DNA of 64,000 bases from Pseudomonadota bacterium (lineage in GTDB: Bacteria; Pseudomonadota; Gammaproteobacteria; Steroidobacterales; Steroidobacteraceae), in contig JADIZR010000007.1 of assembly GCA_016704655.1 (NCBI GenBank), positions 1,348 to 65,347 of the forward strand, given 5' to 3'. The translations under genes were made by a program, and so were the position numbers. The notes under the pieces are model-generated. The model was not told the DNA's origin. It did not search any database and saw only the letters and a program-made list of their open reading frames with translations. Every line of letters begins with the position of its first letter. Position 1 is the first letter of the stretch. This document shows positions 19,168 through 27,900 of this stretch, piece after piece.

Positions 19168-19986
19168 ATGGACATGGCAGCAGTCGAGACTTTCCTCCGC
19201 ACCACGGTGGCGGACCTCGCCGTCAAGGTGGCCGCGGCCATTGTCTTCTGGTTCGTCGGTCGCTGGCTGATCAGCCGGGTCATTCACCTGGTGCAGGCCA
19301 CGATGCACCGCAACCAGATCGACCCGACGCTGACGCGTTACCTCGGCTCGATCATCACCGTCGCGCTGAACATCGCCCTGGTCCTCGGGATCCTCGGATA
19401 CTTCGCCATTCAGACGACCTCCATCGCTGCGATGCTGGCCGGCGCGGGTCTCGCGATCGGCGCGGCCTGGAGCGGCATGCTCGGCAACTTTGCCGCTGGC
19501 GCGTTCATGCTAGTACTGCGGCCGTTCAAGGTGGGTGACTTCGTCAGCATCGCCGGCGTCACGGGCACCGTGCACGAGCTCGGCCTTTTCGGCACCACGA
19601 TCGTCACACCCGACAACGTCCTCACGCTGATCGGCAACGGCAAGATCTTCAGCGACACGATCCAGAACTTCTCGTCGCTGCCGCACCGTCGCGTCGAGCG
19701 CACGGCACAACTGGCCGGTGGCGTGGATCACAACGACGCGATCGCGCGCTTTCAGGCGGCCGTTGCGCAGATCCCGAACGTCCTCGCGCAACCCGCGCCG
19801 GAAGTGAGCCTGCTCGACATCAACCTGCTCGGCACGGTCATCGCGGTGCGCCCGTACTGTCACACCGACCATTACTGGCAGGTCTACTTCGACACCAACC
19901 AGGCGATGATGCGCGTCGCTAAGGAAGCCGGCTGGCCCGCGCCGACGCCCGCCAACCTCACGCGGATGATCCAGGTACAGGCGTAG
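19168..19986 (+). CDS. small-conductance mechanosensitive channel (MscS family)
   Basis: Three TM helices, then LRPFKVGDFVSIAGVTGTVHELGLFGTTIVTPDNVLTLIGNGKIFSDTIQNFS. Confidence 0.85.
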   Translation: MDMAAVETFLRTTVADLAVKVAAAIVFWFVGRWLISRVIHLVQATMHRNQIDPTLTRYLGSIITVALNIALVLGILGYFAIQTTSIAAMLAGAGLAIGAAWSGMLGNFAAGAFMLVLRPFKVGDFVSIAGVTGTVHELGLFGTTIVTPDNVLTLIGNGKIFSDTIQNFSSLPHRRVERTAQLAGGVDHNDAIARFQAAVAQIPNVLAQPAPEVSLLDINLLGTVIAVRPYCHTDHYWQVYFDTNQAMMRVAKEAGWPAPTPANLTRMIQVQA

Positions 19987-20000
19987 CCGATTTGGAAACG

Positions 20001-20028
20001 GGAGACGCGCACTTACCGGCGCGTCTCC
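20001..20028 (+). terminator. stem-loop downstream of the MscS gene
   Basis: Perfect 10-bp stem GGAGACGCGC / GCGCGTCTCC with an 8-nt loop, 15 nt after the stop. No clear U-tract. Confidence 0.4.
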
Positions 20029-20128
20029 TCACCACCGGGAGCGACGGCTCCAGGCCTCCCGGGCCTTAAGGCGCCGATAAGCTTCGCCGCCTAGCCTTCT
20101 CATCGATCCCCATTCAGGAGATGGATCG

Positions 20129-20536
20129 ATGTTCAGAAAGGCACTCCTTGCAGCCACGGTGCTGCTCGCGGCCCCCGCCCTCACCGACACGCCGGAGTCG
20201 CTGATGCGGGGTTATGCCGAGCAGGCACGCACCACGTCGGCATCCTATGCCGGGCCGTCCCCCGCGGCGGGTCGTCGACTGTTTCACCAGCAGCCGCGCG
20301 ACTGGAGTTGCGCAACCTGCCACACGGATCAGCCCACCGCTACGGGACGCCACGCCATCACCGGCAAGGCGATCGGCCCGCTTTCACCCGTCGCAAATCC
20401 CGAGCGGCTTCGCGATGCCGCCAAGGTCGAGAAATGGTTCAAGCGCAATTGCAGCGATACGCTCGGTCGTCCGTGTACGCCTGCAGAAAAGGCCGACTTG
20501 ATCGCGTTCCTCCTGGGCGCAAGGGAAGGAGCCTGA
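20129..20536 (+). CDS. DUF1924-type monohaem periplasmic protein
   Basis: Signal peptide, a single CATCH motif, and KWFKRNCSDTLGRPCTPAEKADLIAFLL. Confidence 0.7.
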   Translation: MFRKALLAATVLLAAPALTDTPESLMRGYAEQARTTSASYAGPSPAAGRRLFHQQPRDWSCATCHTDQPTATGRHAITGKAIGPLSPVANPERLRDAAKVEKWFKRNCSDTLGRPCTPAEKADLIAFLLGAREGA

Positions 20537-20538
20537 CA

Positions 20539-21018
20539 ATGCGCACACGTTCGGGCATTCGTCGCATCGATCGGATCGTCTGGTCACTCGCAACCGTGTT
20601 TCTCGCCCATGCCGCCGTGGCGGCAGTTCCACCCGCCCAAGCCGCCAAACCCACCGCCTACGCGGAGGAGTGCGGCGCATGCCACACCGCCTATCCAACA
20701 CGACTGCTGCGGCCAGCGGATTGGGCCGTCGTGCTTGCATCGCTCGACCGTCACTTCGGTGTCGATGCATCGCTCGATAGCACGACACGTGCGGCAGTGG
20801 CGACGCAGCTGGGCGTGGATCCCGCCGTCTCCAGCGCGGCCACCGCTAAGGCAGCGCCGCGGATCACGCAGCAAGGCTGGTTCCGCGAGGAGCACGATGA
20901 AGTATCAGCGCAACAGTTTCGTTCTCCAGCCGTACGCAGCGCTGCCAACTGCAATGCGTGTCATGCCGGTGCCGACCGTGACCAGTTCGACGAGCATTCT
21001 GTCCGCATTCCGAGGTAA
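20539..21018 (+). CDS. dihaem cytochrome c
   Basis: ATG at 20539, 2 nt after the previous stop. Two CXXCH motifs (CGACH, CNACH). Typical partner of DUF1924 and cytochrome b. Confidence 0.75.
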   Translation: MRTRSGIRRIDRIVWSLATVFLAHAAVAAVPPAQAAKPTAYAEECGACHTAYPTRLLRPADWAVVLASLDRHFGVDASLDSTTRAAVATQLGVDPAVSSAATAKAAPRITQQGWFREEHDEVSAQQFRSPAVRSAANCNACHAGADRDQFDEHSVRIPR

Positions 21019-21023
21019 CGCCG

Positions 21024-21714
21024 ATGACCAGCAACACCAAGGTCTGGGACCTGCCAACCCGCATCTTTCATTGGGCGCTTGCCGCCTCGTTTGCCGGTGC
21101 CTACGTCCTCTCCGAATCGGAGCGGCTGCGCAACGTACACGTTGCGCTCGGCTACACCGTTCTCGGGCTGCTCGCGTTCCGTCTCGTGTGGGGCTTCATC
21201 GGCCCGCGGTATGCGCGATTCAGCTCGTTCGTCCACAGCCCCGTCGCGGCGTTCCGCTACCTGCGCGACGAGGTGCGAGGCTGTGCTCCGCGCTACGTCG
21301 GTCATAACCCTGCGGGCAGCTGGGCTGTCTTCGGGCTGCTCATTCTCGGCGTGGCCACCGGCGTAACCGGCTACCTCAACTTCAACGAGCAGGGCGGCGA
21401 GTCGATGGAGGACCTGCACGAGGTCTTCGCCAGCGCCTGGCTCGTGCTCGTTGGCCTGCACATTCTTGGCGTCGCCTTCAGCAGCTTGATGCAGCGCGAA
21501 AACCTCGTGCACTCGATGATCACCGGCTTCAAGCGTGGCGTTGCCGAAGGCACCGAGCCACGCAATGCCCGTGGCCTCGGGCTGGCGATGGTCGCTGCGA
21601 TTCTCGGCTTCTGGGGCTGGACCGCTACCTCCGGAGGCGTGGCGCCGGGTGCCGGACCCGGGACAGGGCGAACAATCCGAACTGGCGACAGAAAGCGAAA
21701 CCGACGACGATTGA
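21024..21714 (+). CDS. cytochrome b561-family membrane protein (PF01292-like), probable frameshift in the 3' tail
   Basis: VWDLPTRIFHWALAASF...HNPAGSWAVFGLL...LHEVFASAWLVLVGLHILGV. The annotated ORF runs to 21974 as an Arg-rich tail overlapping the response regulator by ~250 nt. In the +1 frame it ends ...GQGEQSELATESETDDD* at 21712-21714, 3 nt before the regulator ATG. Confidence 0.7.
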
Positions 21715-21717
21715 GAC

Positions 21718-22380
21718 ATGCGAATCCTGCTGGTCGAAGACGATGCATTGCTCGGCGACGCACTACAGGTCGGCCTGCGCGAGCATGGCTTCGCGGTCGA
21801 GTGGATCAGAGACGGCGCGGCAGGAGAAGCTGCGCTGGCCTCCGACGAATTCACGGCAATCGTGCTCGACCTGGGGTTGCCGCGCATGTCCGGACTCGAA
21901 CTGCTGCAGCGTGTGCGAAATCGCGGAGATCACACGCCCGTGATCATCCTCACTGCGCGAGAAGCCGTCGATGATCGCGTGCGCGGCCTCGATCTCGGCG
22001 CCGACGACTACGTCGTGAAGCCTGTCGCACTCAAGGAGCTCGCGGCCCGACTGCGAGCCGTTGCTCGTCGCGCGCAGGGCATTGCGAGTGGATCGATCAT
22101 CGTGGGCAGCCTGTCGCTGGACCTCGCCTCGCGTGCCGTAACGTTCGAAGGCAATCCAGTCGAACTGCAGCCGCGCGAGTTCGCGCTGTTGCAGGAACTG
22201 GTGTTGCGTGCGGGCCGGGTCGTCACACGCACTCAGCTGGAGACCCAGCTGTACGAATGGGACCGCAGCATCGACAGCAATGCAATCGAGGTTCACGTCC
22301 ATCATCTGCGGCGCAAGCTCGCACCCACGCTCATCCGGACAGTGCGTGGCGTTGGCTACATGATCCCGCGCGAAGACTGA
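21718..22380 (+). CDS. OmpR/PhoB-family response regulator
   Basis: MRILLVEDD...DLGLPRMSGLELL receiver domain plus a winged-helix C-terminus. Confidence 0.9.
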   Translation: MRILLVEDDALLGDALQVGLREHGFAVEWIRDGAAGEAALASDEFTAIVLDLGLPRMSGLELLQRVRNRGDHTPVIILTAREAVDDRVRGLDLGADDYVVKPVALKELAARLRAVARRAQGIASGSIIVGSLSLDLASRAVTFEGNPVELQPREFALLQELVLRAGRVVTRTQLETQLYEWDRSIDSNAIEVHVHHLRRKLAPTLIRTVRGVGYMIPRED

Positions 22381-22383
22381 AAC

Positions 22384-23737
22384 GTGCGAACTCACTCGAT
22401 CCGCCGGCATATGCTCACGCTGCTGCTACTCACGCTCACCGGCACGTGGCTGGCGTCTGCGGCCCTGACTTACCGCGAAGCGCATCGGGGCATCGATGCC
22501 TTGCTCGACGCACATCTGGCCCAGGCCGCGCGGATGCTGGTGGCGCAGGCGGGCCACGAACTCGAGGAACTCGACTTCGATGAGAATTCGACGCCCGCCG
22601 GACTTCCGCACCAAGGTTGCCTTCCAGGTGCGCGAGGCGGATGGGACGCTCATTCTTCGCTCAGCCAACGCCCCGACGACGCCGTTCGCCGGGCCGGTCA
22701 GCGGTTTCAGCGAAGCTGTGTTCGGTGACATTTTCTGGCGCGTGTATTCGGCAACCGAAGCCGCGCAGGGCGTGGTCGTGCACGTGGCGGAAGACCACGC
22801 AACGCGCGAACGGATCGCGCGACGCGTCGCCCTGAGCGCACTCGTCCCACAGCTCGTCGCACTGCCCCTGCTCGGGCTCGCGATCTGGTGGGTCGTTGGT
22901 CGTTCGCTGCGTCCGTTACGGCGGCTGGCGGAGCAACTCGCCCACCGCAGCCCCGACGATGTTCGGCCGCTGGCCGCGGGACCGATGCCCGTCGAGTTGA
23001 CGAGTCTCGCCGAACGGCTCGAGGAACTCCTGTCGCGGGTTCGTGACTCGCTCGATTCAGAACGACGGTTTACCTCGCATGCTGCCCATGAATTGCGTAC
23101 GCCGGTCTCTGCAATGCGCGCGCAGGCGGAGGTGGCGTTGGCAACCATTGACCCTGACGTCCGCGACGCGGCACTGCGTCATGGCATCGAGGCCTGCGAT
23201 CGAATGACACGGCTCGTGACGCAGCTGATGCAGCTTGCCCGTGTGGACGAAGCCGGTCACCTTGCAAGTGCGACTTCGTGCGAACTGCGTGCGATTGCGG
23301 AACGTGTGCTGGCGGACAGCGCGCCGGCAGCAATGCAGGATGGAAATTCGGTAGCGCTGGAGGCGTCGGATCCCGGGCGCGTTCTTGGCGACGGCGCATT
23401 GCTCGAGGCGCTGGTGCGTAACCTGGTCGACAACGCACTTCAACATGGCGGACCACACGGCGAGGTACGGGTGGGGCTGGTGCAGCATGACCGCCAGATC
23501 CGGCTCACCGTCGAGGACACGGGACCCGGTGTGACACCGGAAACACTCGAACGACTTGGCCGACGTTTTTACCGCGCGGCTGAAGCGACGGCCACGGGCA
23601 GCGGACTGGGGCTATCGATCGTCAAGCGGATCACGGAGTTGCACGGCGGCTGCGTGAGCTTTCGCAATGGCGATGCCGACCGTGGGCTGCGGGTCGAGGT
23701 CACGATCCCAATGCAGGGCTGCGAGCGTTCGAATTAG
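22384..23737 (+). pseudogene. sensor histidine kinase (QseC/PmrB-like) split by a 1-nt frameshift
   Basis: The N-terminal TM and sensor part (ORF 22384..22728, ...AQAGHELEELDFDE) continues in the +1 frame as FRTKVAFQVREADGTLILRSANAP... It includes the H-box FTSHAAHELRTPV and an HATPase domain (ORF 22496..23737). The frame change lies within ~22585-22606. Confidence 0.8.
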
Positions 23738-25755
23738 CTCGATCGGATGCGTGCCGCAACGGCGTCAAAGCCGCGCGCGGCTGCCGCATCGGCTGCGGCA
23801 ATCCCGTCACGGTTGCGCAGTGTCTTCTTCGCACCCGCCTGCAGCAACAGGTCGACCACGTCGCCCGCGCCTGCCTGACTCGCCAGGATCAGCGCGGTAT
23901 CGCCGAACGTGTTCTGCGCATCCAGCCCAACTCGCAATGCGACCAGCCTGCGCACGATCACGGCGTGGTTGCCGCGAGCCGCGAGCATCAGAAGTGTGTC
24001 GCCCGAGCGGCTGAGTGCCTGCACCTCGGCGCCTGCACGCAGCAGCTTGTCGAATGCCGCGTCGTTGCCGCGCGCCGCCGCGCAGGCGATGGGCGTAACG
24101 CCGTCGGCGGCCGCCGCATTCACATTGGCTCCGGCACCCAGCAGCAGCGCAAGGACCGCGGCGTCATCGCGGCACGCAGCGTGCCAAAGCGCGGTGTACC
24201 CGGTGGCATCTGTCGTTTCAGGACTCGCACCCGATCGCAGCAACAGCGACACCATGGCCGCATCGCCTCGCTGCGTCGCGAGGACCAACGACGCGTCATC
24301 GCCCTTGCCCGTGTCGGCTCTGGCTCCGTGCGCCAGCAACACCTGCACGATGCCTGCATTACCCCGGCGAACCGCGGTAGTGAAAGGCGCGCCGTCGCTG
24401 GCGCCATGCTCGTTCGGATTGGCACCGCGCTCGAGCAGCATCCGCACGATGTCCTTGCGTCCGTGACTGACGGCCACGCCCAGCGGTGTGTGGCCCGCGC
24501 GATCCGGGCGCGTCGGCGACGCGCCTGCTGCGAGCAGCACACCGACGCTGGCGGACGAAGACGCGGCGATGGCGACCTGCAGTGCTGGCTGGCCAGCGGC
24601 CGTCGTAGCCTCCGGGTCGCCGCCCCGGCCGAGCACCGATTTCAGCATGGCCGGATCGGTGCGACTTGCTGCGAGCGCCACGTCCGGCCAACCGGCATAG
24701 GCATCGCCTGCCGCAGCGCGAAGAATTGGGCCAGCCGACCTTGGGCCGGGTCCGGCGCCCGTAGTGCGCCTGCGCGCCGGTTGTGCGCCGTGCTGGACCA
24801 GGAAGCCGGTGACCGCGTCCTGTCTTGATTGCACCGAGTAATCCACGGCGCTCCAGCCGCCCGCATTACGCAACTTTGGGTCAAGGCCCGCGGCCACCAG
24901 GCGCTCGGACTGTGTGACGCGGCCACGGCGCGCCGCGTAGAGCAGAGCCGAGTTCCCGAGCGCATCCACCGCGGCAATGTCGGGTTTCGACAGCATCAGC
25001 ACTTCCAGGGCGTCCGCGCGCTCGGCCGTCGCGGCCAGCATCAAGGGTGTGATTCCCTGCGCGTCGATCGCATCGACTCGGGCGTCGTGTGCAACCAGCC
25101 AGCGCACCGATTCTGCAGCGCCCGACTCGGCTGCGTGATGCAGCACCGAACGACGGAATGCGTCGCTGGCATCTTCCGGCAGTAGCGGCCAGAGCGCGGC
25201 CAGCGTGTCGACGTCACCGCGGCGCACAGCTGCGATGGTCATCGACAAGGTCACTGCGGGTTCGGTTGCAAGGACGCGAGGATCCACTTGCAGTGGCAAC
25301 TGGCCTGCCTGCAGCAGGCGCGCCGCATCGGCGTGCCCAGCCGCCGCGGCCGTGTCGAGCCAGGTCCGTGCCGCTGATTCGTTTGCAGGCGAGTCGTACG
25401 CCGCAAGCGCTGCCAGTGCATACGCCGCGCGTGGCTCGCCCTTGGCTGCCGCGGCCTCGAAGAGAGTCCGCGCACGTTGCGAGTCCTCGCCGACGCCGAG
25501 ACCGGCCAGGTACAGGGTGCCCAACAGGTATTGCGCGCGTGAATCGCCGGCCAGCGGATCGGTCGCGAGCCGCCCGGCTGCATCCGCGAATTGCTTCAGA
25601 CGCAGCGCGCTCTTGGCCGGCTCGAGCAGGTCCGGCGCCGCGAACTTTGATGGAGTTGCGGCAACTGCCTGCACTGCGCCCAACGCACCGAACGAACACA
25701 GGAGCAGGGTGGCCAGCGCGGCGGCGCGAGCAGCTGAAGGGTCATGCCGTCCCAT
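23734..25755 (-). CDS. secreted Sel1-repeat plus ankyrin-repeat protein
   Basis: Signal peptide MGRHDPSAARAAALATLLLCSFGALGAVQAVAA. Sel1-like repeats (AQYLLGTLYLAGLGVGEDSQRARTLFEAAA) are followed by ~12 ankyrin repeats (G.T.L..AA..G....V..LL..GA). Confidence 0.8.
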   Translation of the reverse strand: MGRHDPSAARAAALATLLLCSFGALGAVQAVAATPSKFAAPDLLEPAKSALRLKQFADAAGRLATDPLAGDSRAQYLLGTLYLAGLGVGEDSQRARTLFEAAAAKGEPRAAYALAALAAYDSPANESAARTWLDTAAAAGHADAARLLQAGQLPLQVDPRVLATEPAVTLSMTIAAVRRGDVDTLAALWPLLPEDASDAFRRSVLHHAAESGAAESVRWLVAHDARVDAIDAQGITPLMLAATAERADALEVLMLSKPDIAAVDALGNSALLYAARRGRVTQSERLVAAGLDPKLRNAGGWSAVDYSVQSRQDAVTGFLVQHGAQPARRRTTGAGPGPRSAGPILRAAAGDAYAGWPDVALAASRTDPAMLKSVLGRGGDPEATTAAGQPALQVAIAASSSASVGVLLAAGASPTRPDRAGHTPLGVAVSHGRKDIVRMLLERGANPNEHGASDGAPFTTAVRRGNAGIVQVLLAHGARADTGKGDDASLVLATQRGDAAMVSLLLRSGASPETTDATGYTALWHAACRDDAAVLALLLGAGANVNAAAADGVTPIACAAARGNDAAFDKLLRAGAEVQALSRSGDTLLMLAARGNHAVIVRRLVALRVGLDAQNTFGDTALILASQAGAGDVVDLLLQAGAKKTLRNRDGIAAADAAAARGFDAVAARIRSS

Positions 25756-27051
25756 ATTTCGTCTCCACGTGAATCCCGACTCGCCGCAGGAAGTCGGAGG
25801 GCAGGATGCCGCCGGCGCTGACGATCACCGCGTCGTTCGGCAGAATCAGGTGACCGTCCTGGCTGCGCAGCAGAACCCGCTCCTGCTCGATGCGCTCGAC
25901 CTTTGACTGCAGCAGCAGTTGCAACTGTCCGGCGCGTTCGGCAGCGGCGATCCGGTCGCGGTTGCGGGGCTTGGCACGCGTGAACGCGTCGCCACGATAG
26001 GAGAGTGTGACCTGGCCGCCCGCTTCCGCGACGCTGGCAGCCGCCTCCAGGGCGCTGTCACCGCCACCCACGACCAGGACGCGCTGTCCGCGGTACTGCT
26101 CCGGGTCGATCAACCGGTAGACGACTTTGGGCAAGTCCTCGCCTGTCACGTCGAGCTTGCGTGGCGTGCCGCGCCGGCCGATCGCCAGCAGTACTTTCGC
26201 TGCCCGGTATTCCGCGAGTGAGGTCCGAACGATGAAGCCTTGCGCACCATCGCGATCGACGCTCTCGACGCGCTCACGATACCGCATGCTGCCGGCCACC
26301 CCGGTCTTGCGTTCGATATCCTGCCAGAACGCAAGCAGGTCTTCCTTGGAGGTCTGGCGAAAGCTGACCTTGCCCACCAATGGAATTTCTGCCGGTTGCG
26401 TCATCACGAGCTTGGCCCGCGGATACTGGAAGACGCTGCCGCCAAGACTCTCCTGTTCGATCGTCACGAATTGCATCTTGTGCGACTTCGCGGCAAGGCT
26501 GGCCGAAAACCCTGCGGGACCCGCACCCACGATCACGAGATCCAGTTGCCCTGGGATGGCTGTGCGCAGCTTGCGATGGATCGCGTCGACCGCCTGCCTG
26601 CCCTGCGCCAGCGCGTTGCGAATGAGGCCCATTCCCCCCAGTTCCCCCGCAACAAAGAGCCCCGGCACGGTCGACTCGAACTCCGGGCTCAGCAATGGAA
26701 TCTCCACGCCACGGCGTTCCGTGCCGAAAACAAGCGTGATCGCGTCCGCAGGACACGCGGCACGGCACGCACCGTGCCCGATGCAATCCGTCGGACTCAC
26801 CAGGTGCGCCTTGCCGTCGATCAGCCCAAGCACATGGTGTTCCGGTTGTTCCGGACAGGCTTTCACGCACGATCCGCACCCGATGCAACGGACGGGATCG
26901 ATCACGGGATGCAGGGAAGCGGGTCGATCAAGCCCGCGGCGACCGACTGCTCCCGCACGGTGCGGCTCGCATCCTCGTGTCGTCTACGCCGGACGAGGTA
27001 CCAGCCCCATATCAGTAAGAGTGGCAGCAGGTAGACGGCGAGCAACGACAT
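25742..27051 (-). CDS. membrane-anchored 2x[4Fe-4S] ferredoxin-domain / FAD-NAD(P)-binding oxidoreductase; N-terminal anchor is in another frame
   Basis: ORF 25742..26905 has CIGCGSCVKACPE and CIGHGACRAACP clusters, then VIVGAGPAGFSASLAAK and a thioredoxin-reductase-like fold. The ATG 27051 frame upstream encodes MSLLAVYLLPLLLIWGWYLVRRRRHE...AAGLIDP and shifts by -1 near GGG 26921-26923 into ASLHPVIDPVRCIGCG. Alternatively the gene simply starts at GTG 26905. Confidence 0.7.
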
Positions 27052-27256
27052 CGATGTTGAGCCTGCAATCGTCGAGGGTAGTCGCGGTCGACGCATGCGG
27101 CAAACATAGCGCCTGGAGCAAGCCTCGCATCCCGCTCGCCCGCACGGTGTCGACTGCGTCACGATTACATCAACTAATCGTTCGGGTCGGTGTCCCTCAA
27201 CCTCCCGCCTCGCTATGTTCTCGTCTCCGGTCGACTCCGACTGGCGGGAGACGACG

Positions 27257-27898
27257 ATGCAGACGAGAAATGCCGCGCTGATCGCGCTGGCGGGTTTTGC
27301 ACTGGGAGTGTTCGTCGGCAAGGGACCGACCGTATTCGAAACTGACAGCACGACCGACACGCTCGAGCCCGTTACCGGGATGGCTTCGGTGCCGGTCGGC
27401 CATCCGCGCCTTGCAGAACGCGGTCTCGGCGATGTCGTGATGACGACATTACAGATGCGCGCCGCGCCTGCTGCCAATGCGTCGGCGATGGTGCCAGGCG
27501 CTGCTGCGCGTGCCAGATCGACGGACCTGATCGCGCAGGCCGACGACCTCCGGCGCCAACGAAGATCCGGCGAAGCCGTCGAGGCCTACCGTCGCGCTGC
27601 GGCCTCGGGCCGCATGAACGCGGATTCCTGGGCTGACTACGCCGATGCACTGGCTTCGGCCGGATCGAGCCTCAAGGGAGCGCCCGCGGATGCGCTGGCG
27701 CAGGCGCTCGCGCTCGACCCGCGGCATCCCAAGGCTTTATGGCTCAAAGCCAGCCTCGAGCACGAGGAACACCACTACCGCGACGCCGTCAGCACGTGGC
27801 GCAACCTGCTGGCCGTGGTGCCAGCCAATTCGTCCGACGCCCGCATCATCGAAGCGAACATCGCCGAAGCGTCGCGACTTGCCGCCGGCCAGGGCTGA
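27257..27898 (+). CDS. membrane-anchored TPR protein resembling the C-terminal (apocytochrome chaperone) part of CcmI/CycH/NrfG
   Basis: TM anchor MQTRNAALIALAGFALGVFVG. C-terminal region is ALALDPRHPKALWLKASLEHEEHHYRDAVSTWRNLLAVVPANSSDARIIEANIAEA. Confidence 0.55.
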   Translation: MQTRNAALIALAGFALGVFVGKGPTVFETDSTTDTLEPVTGMASVPVGHPRLAERGLGDVVMTTLQMRAAPAANASAMVPGAAARARSTDLIAQADDLRRQRRSGEAVEAYRRAAASGRMNADSWADYADALASAGSSLKGAPADALAQALALDPRHPKALWLKASLEHEEHHYRDAVSTWRNLLAVVPANSSDARIIEANIAEASRLAAGQG

Positions 27899-27900
27899 CA

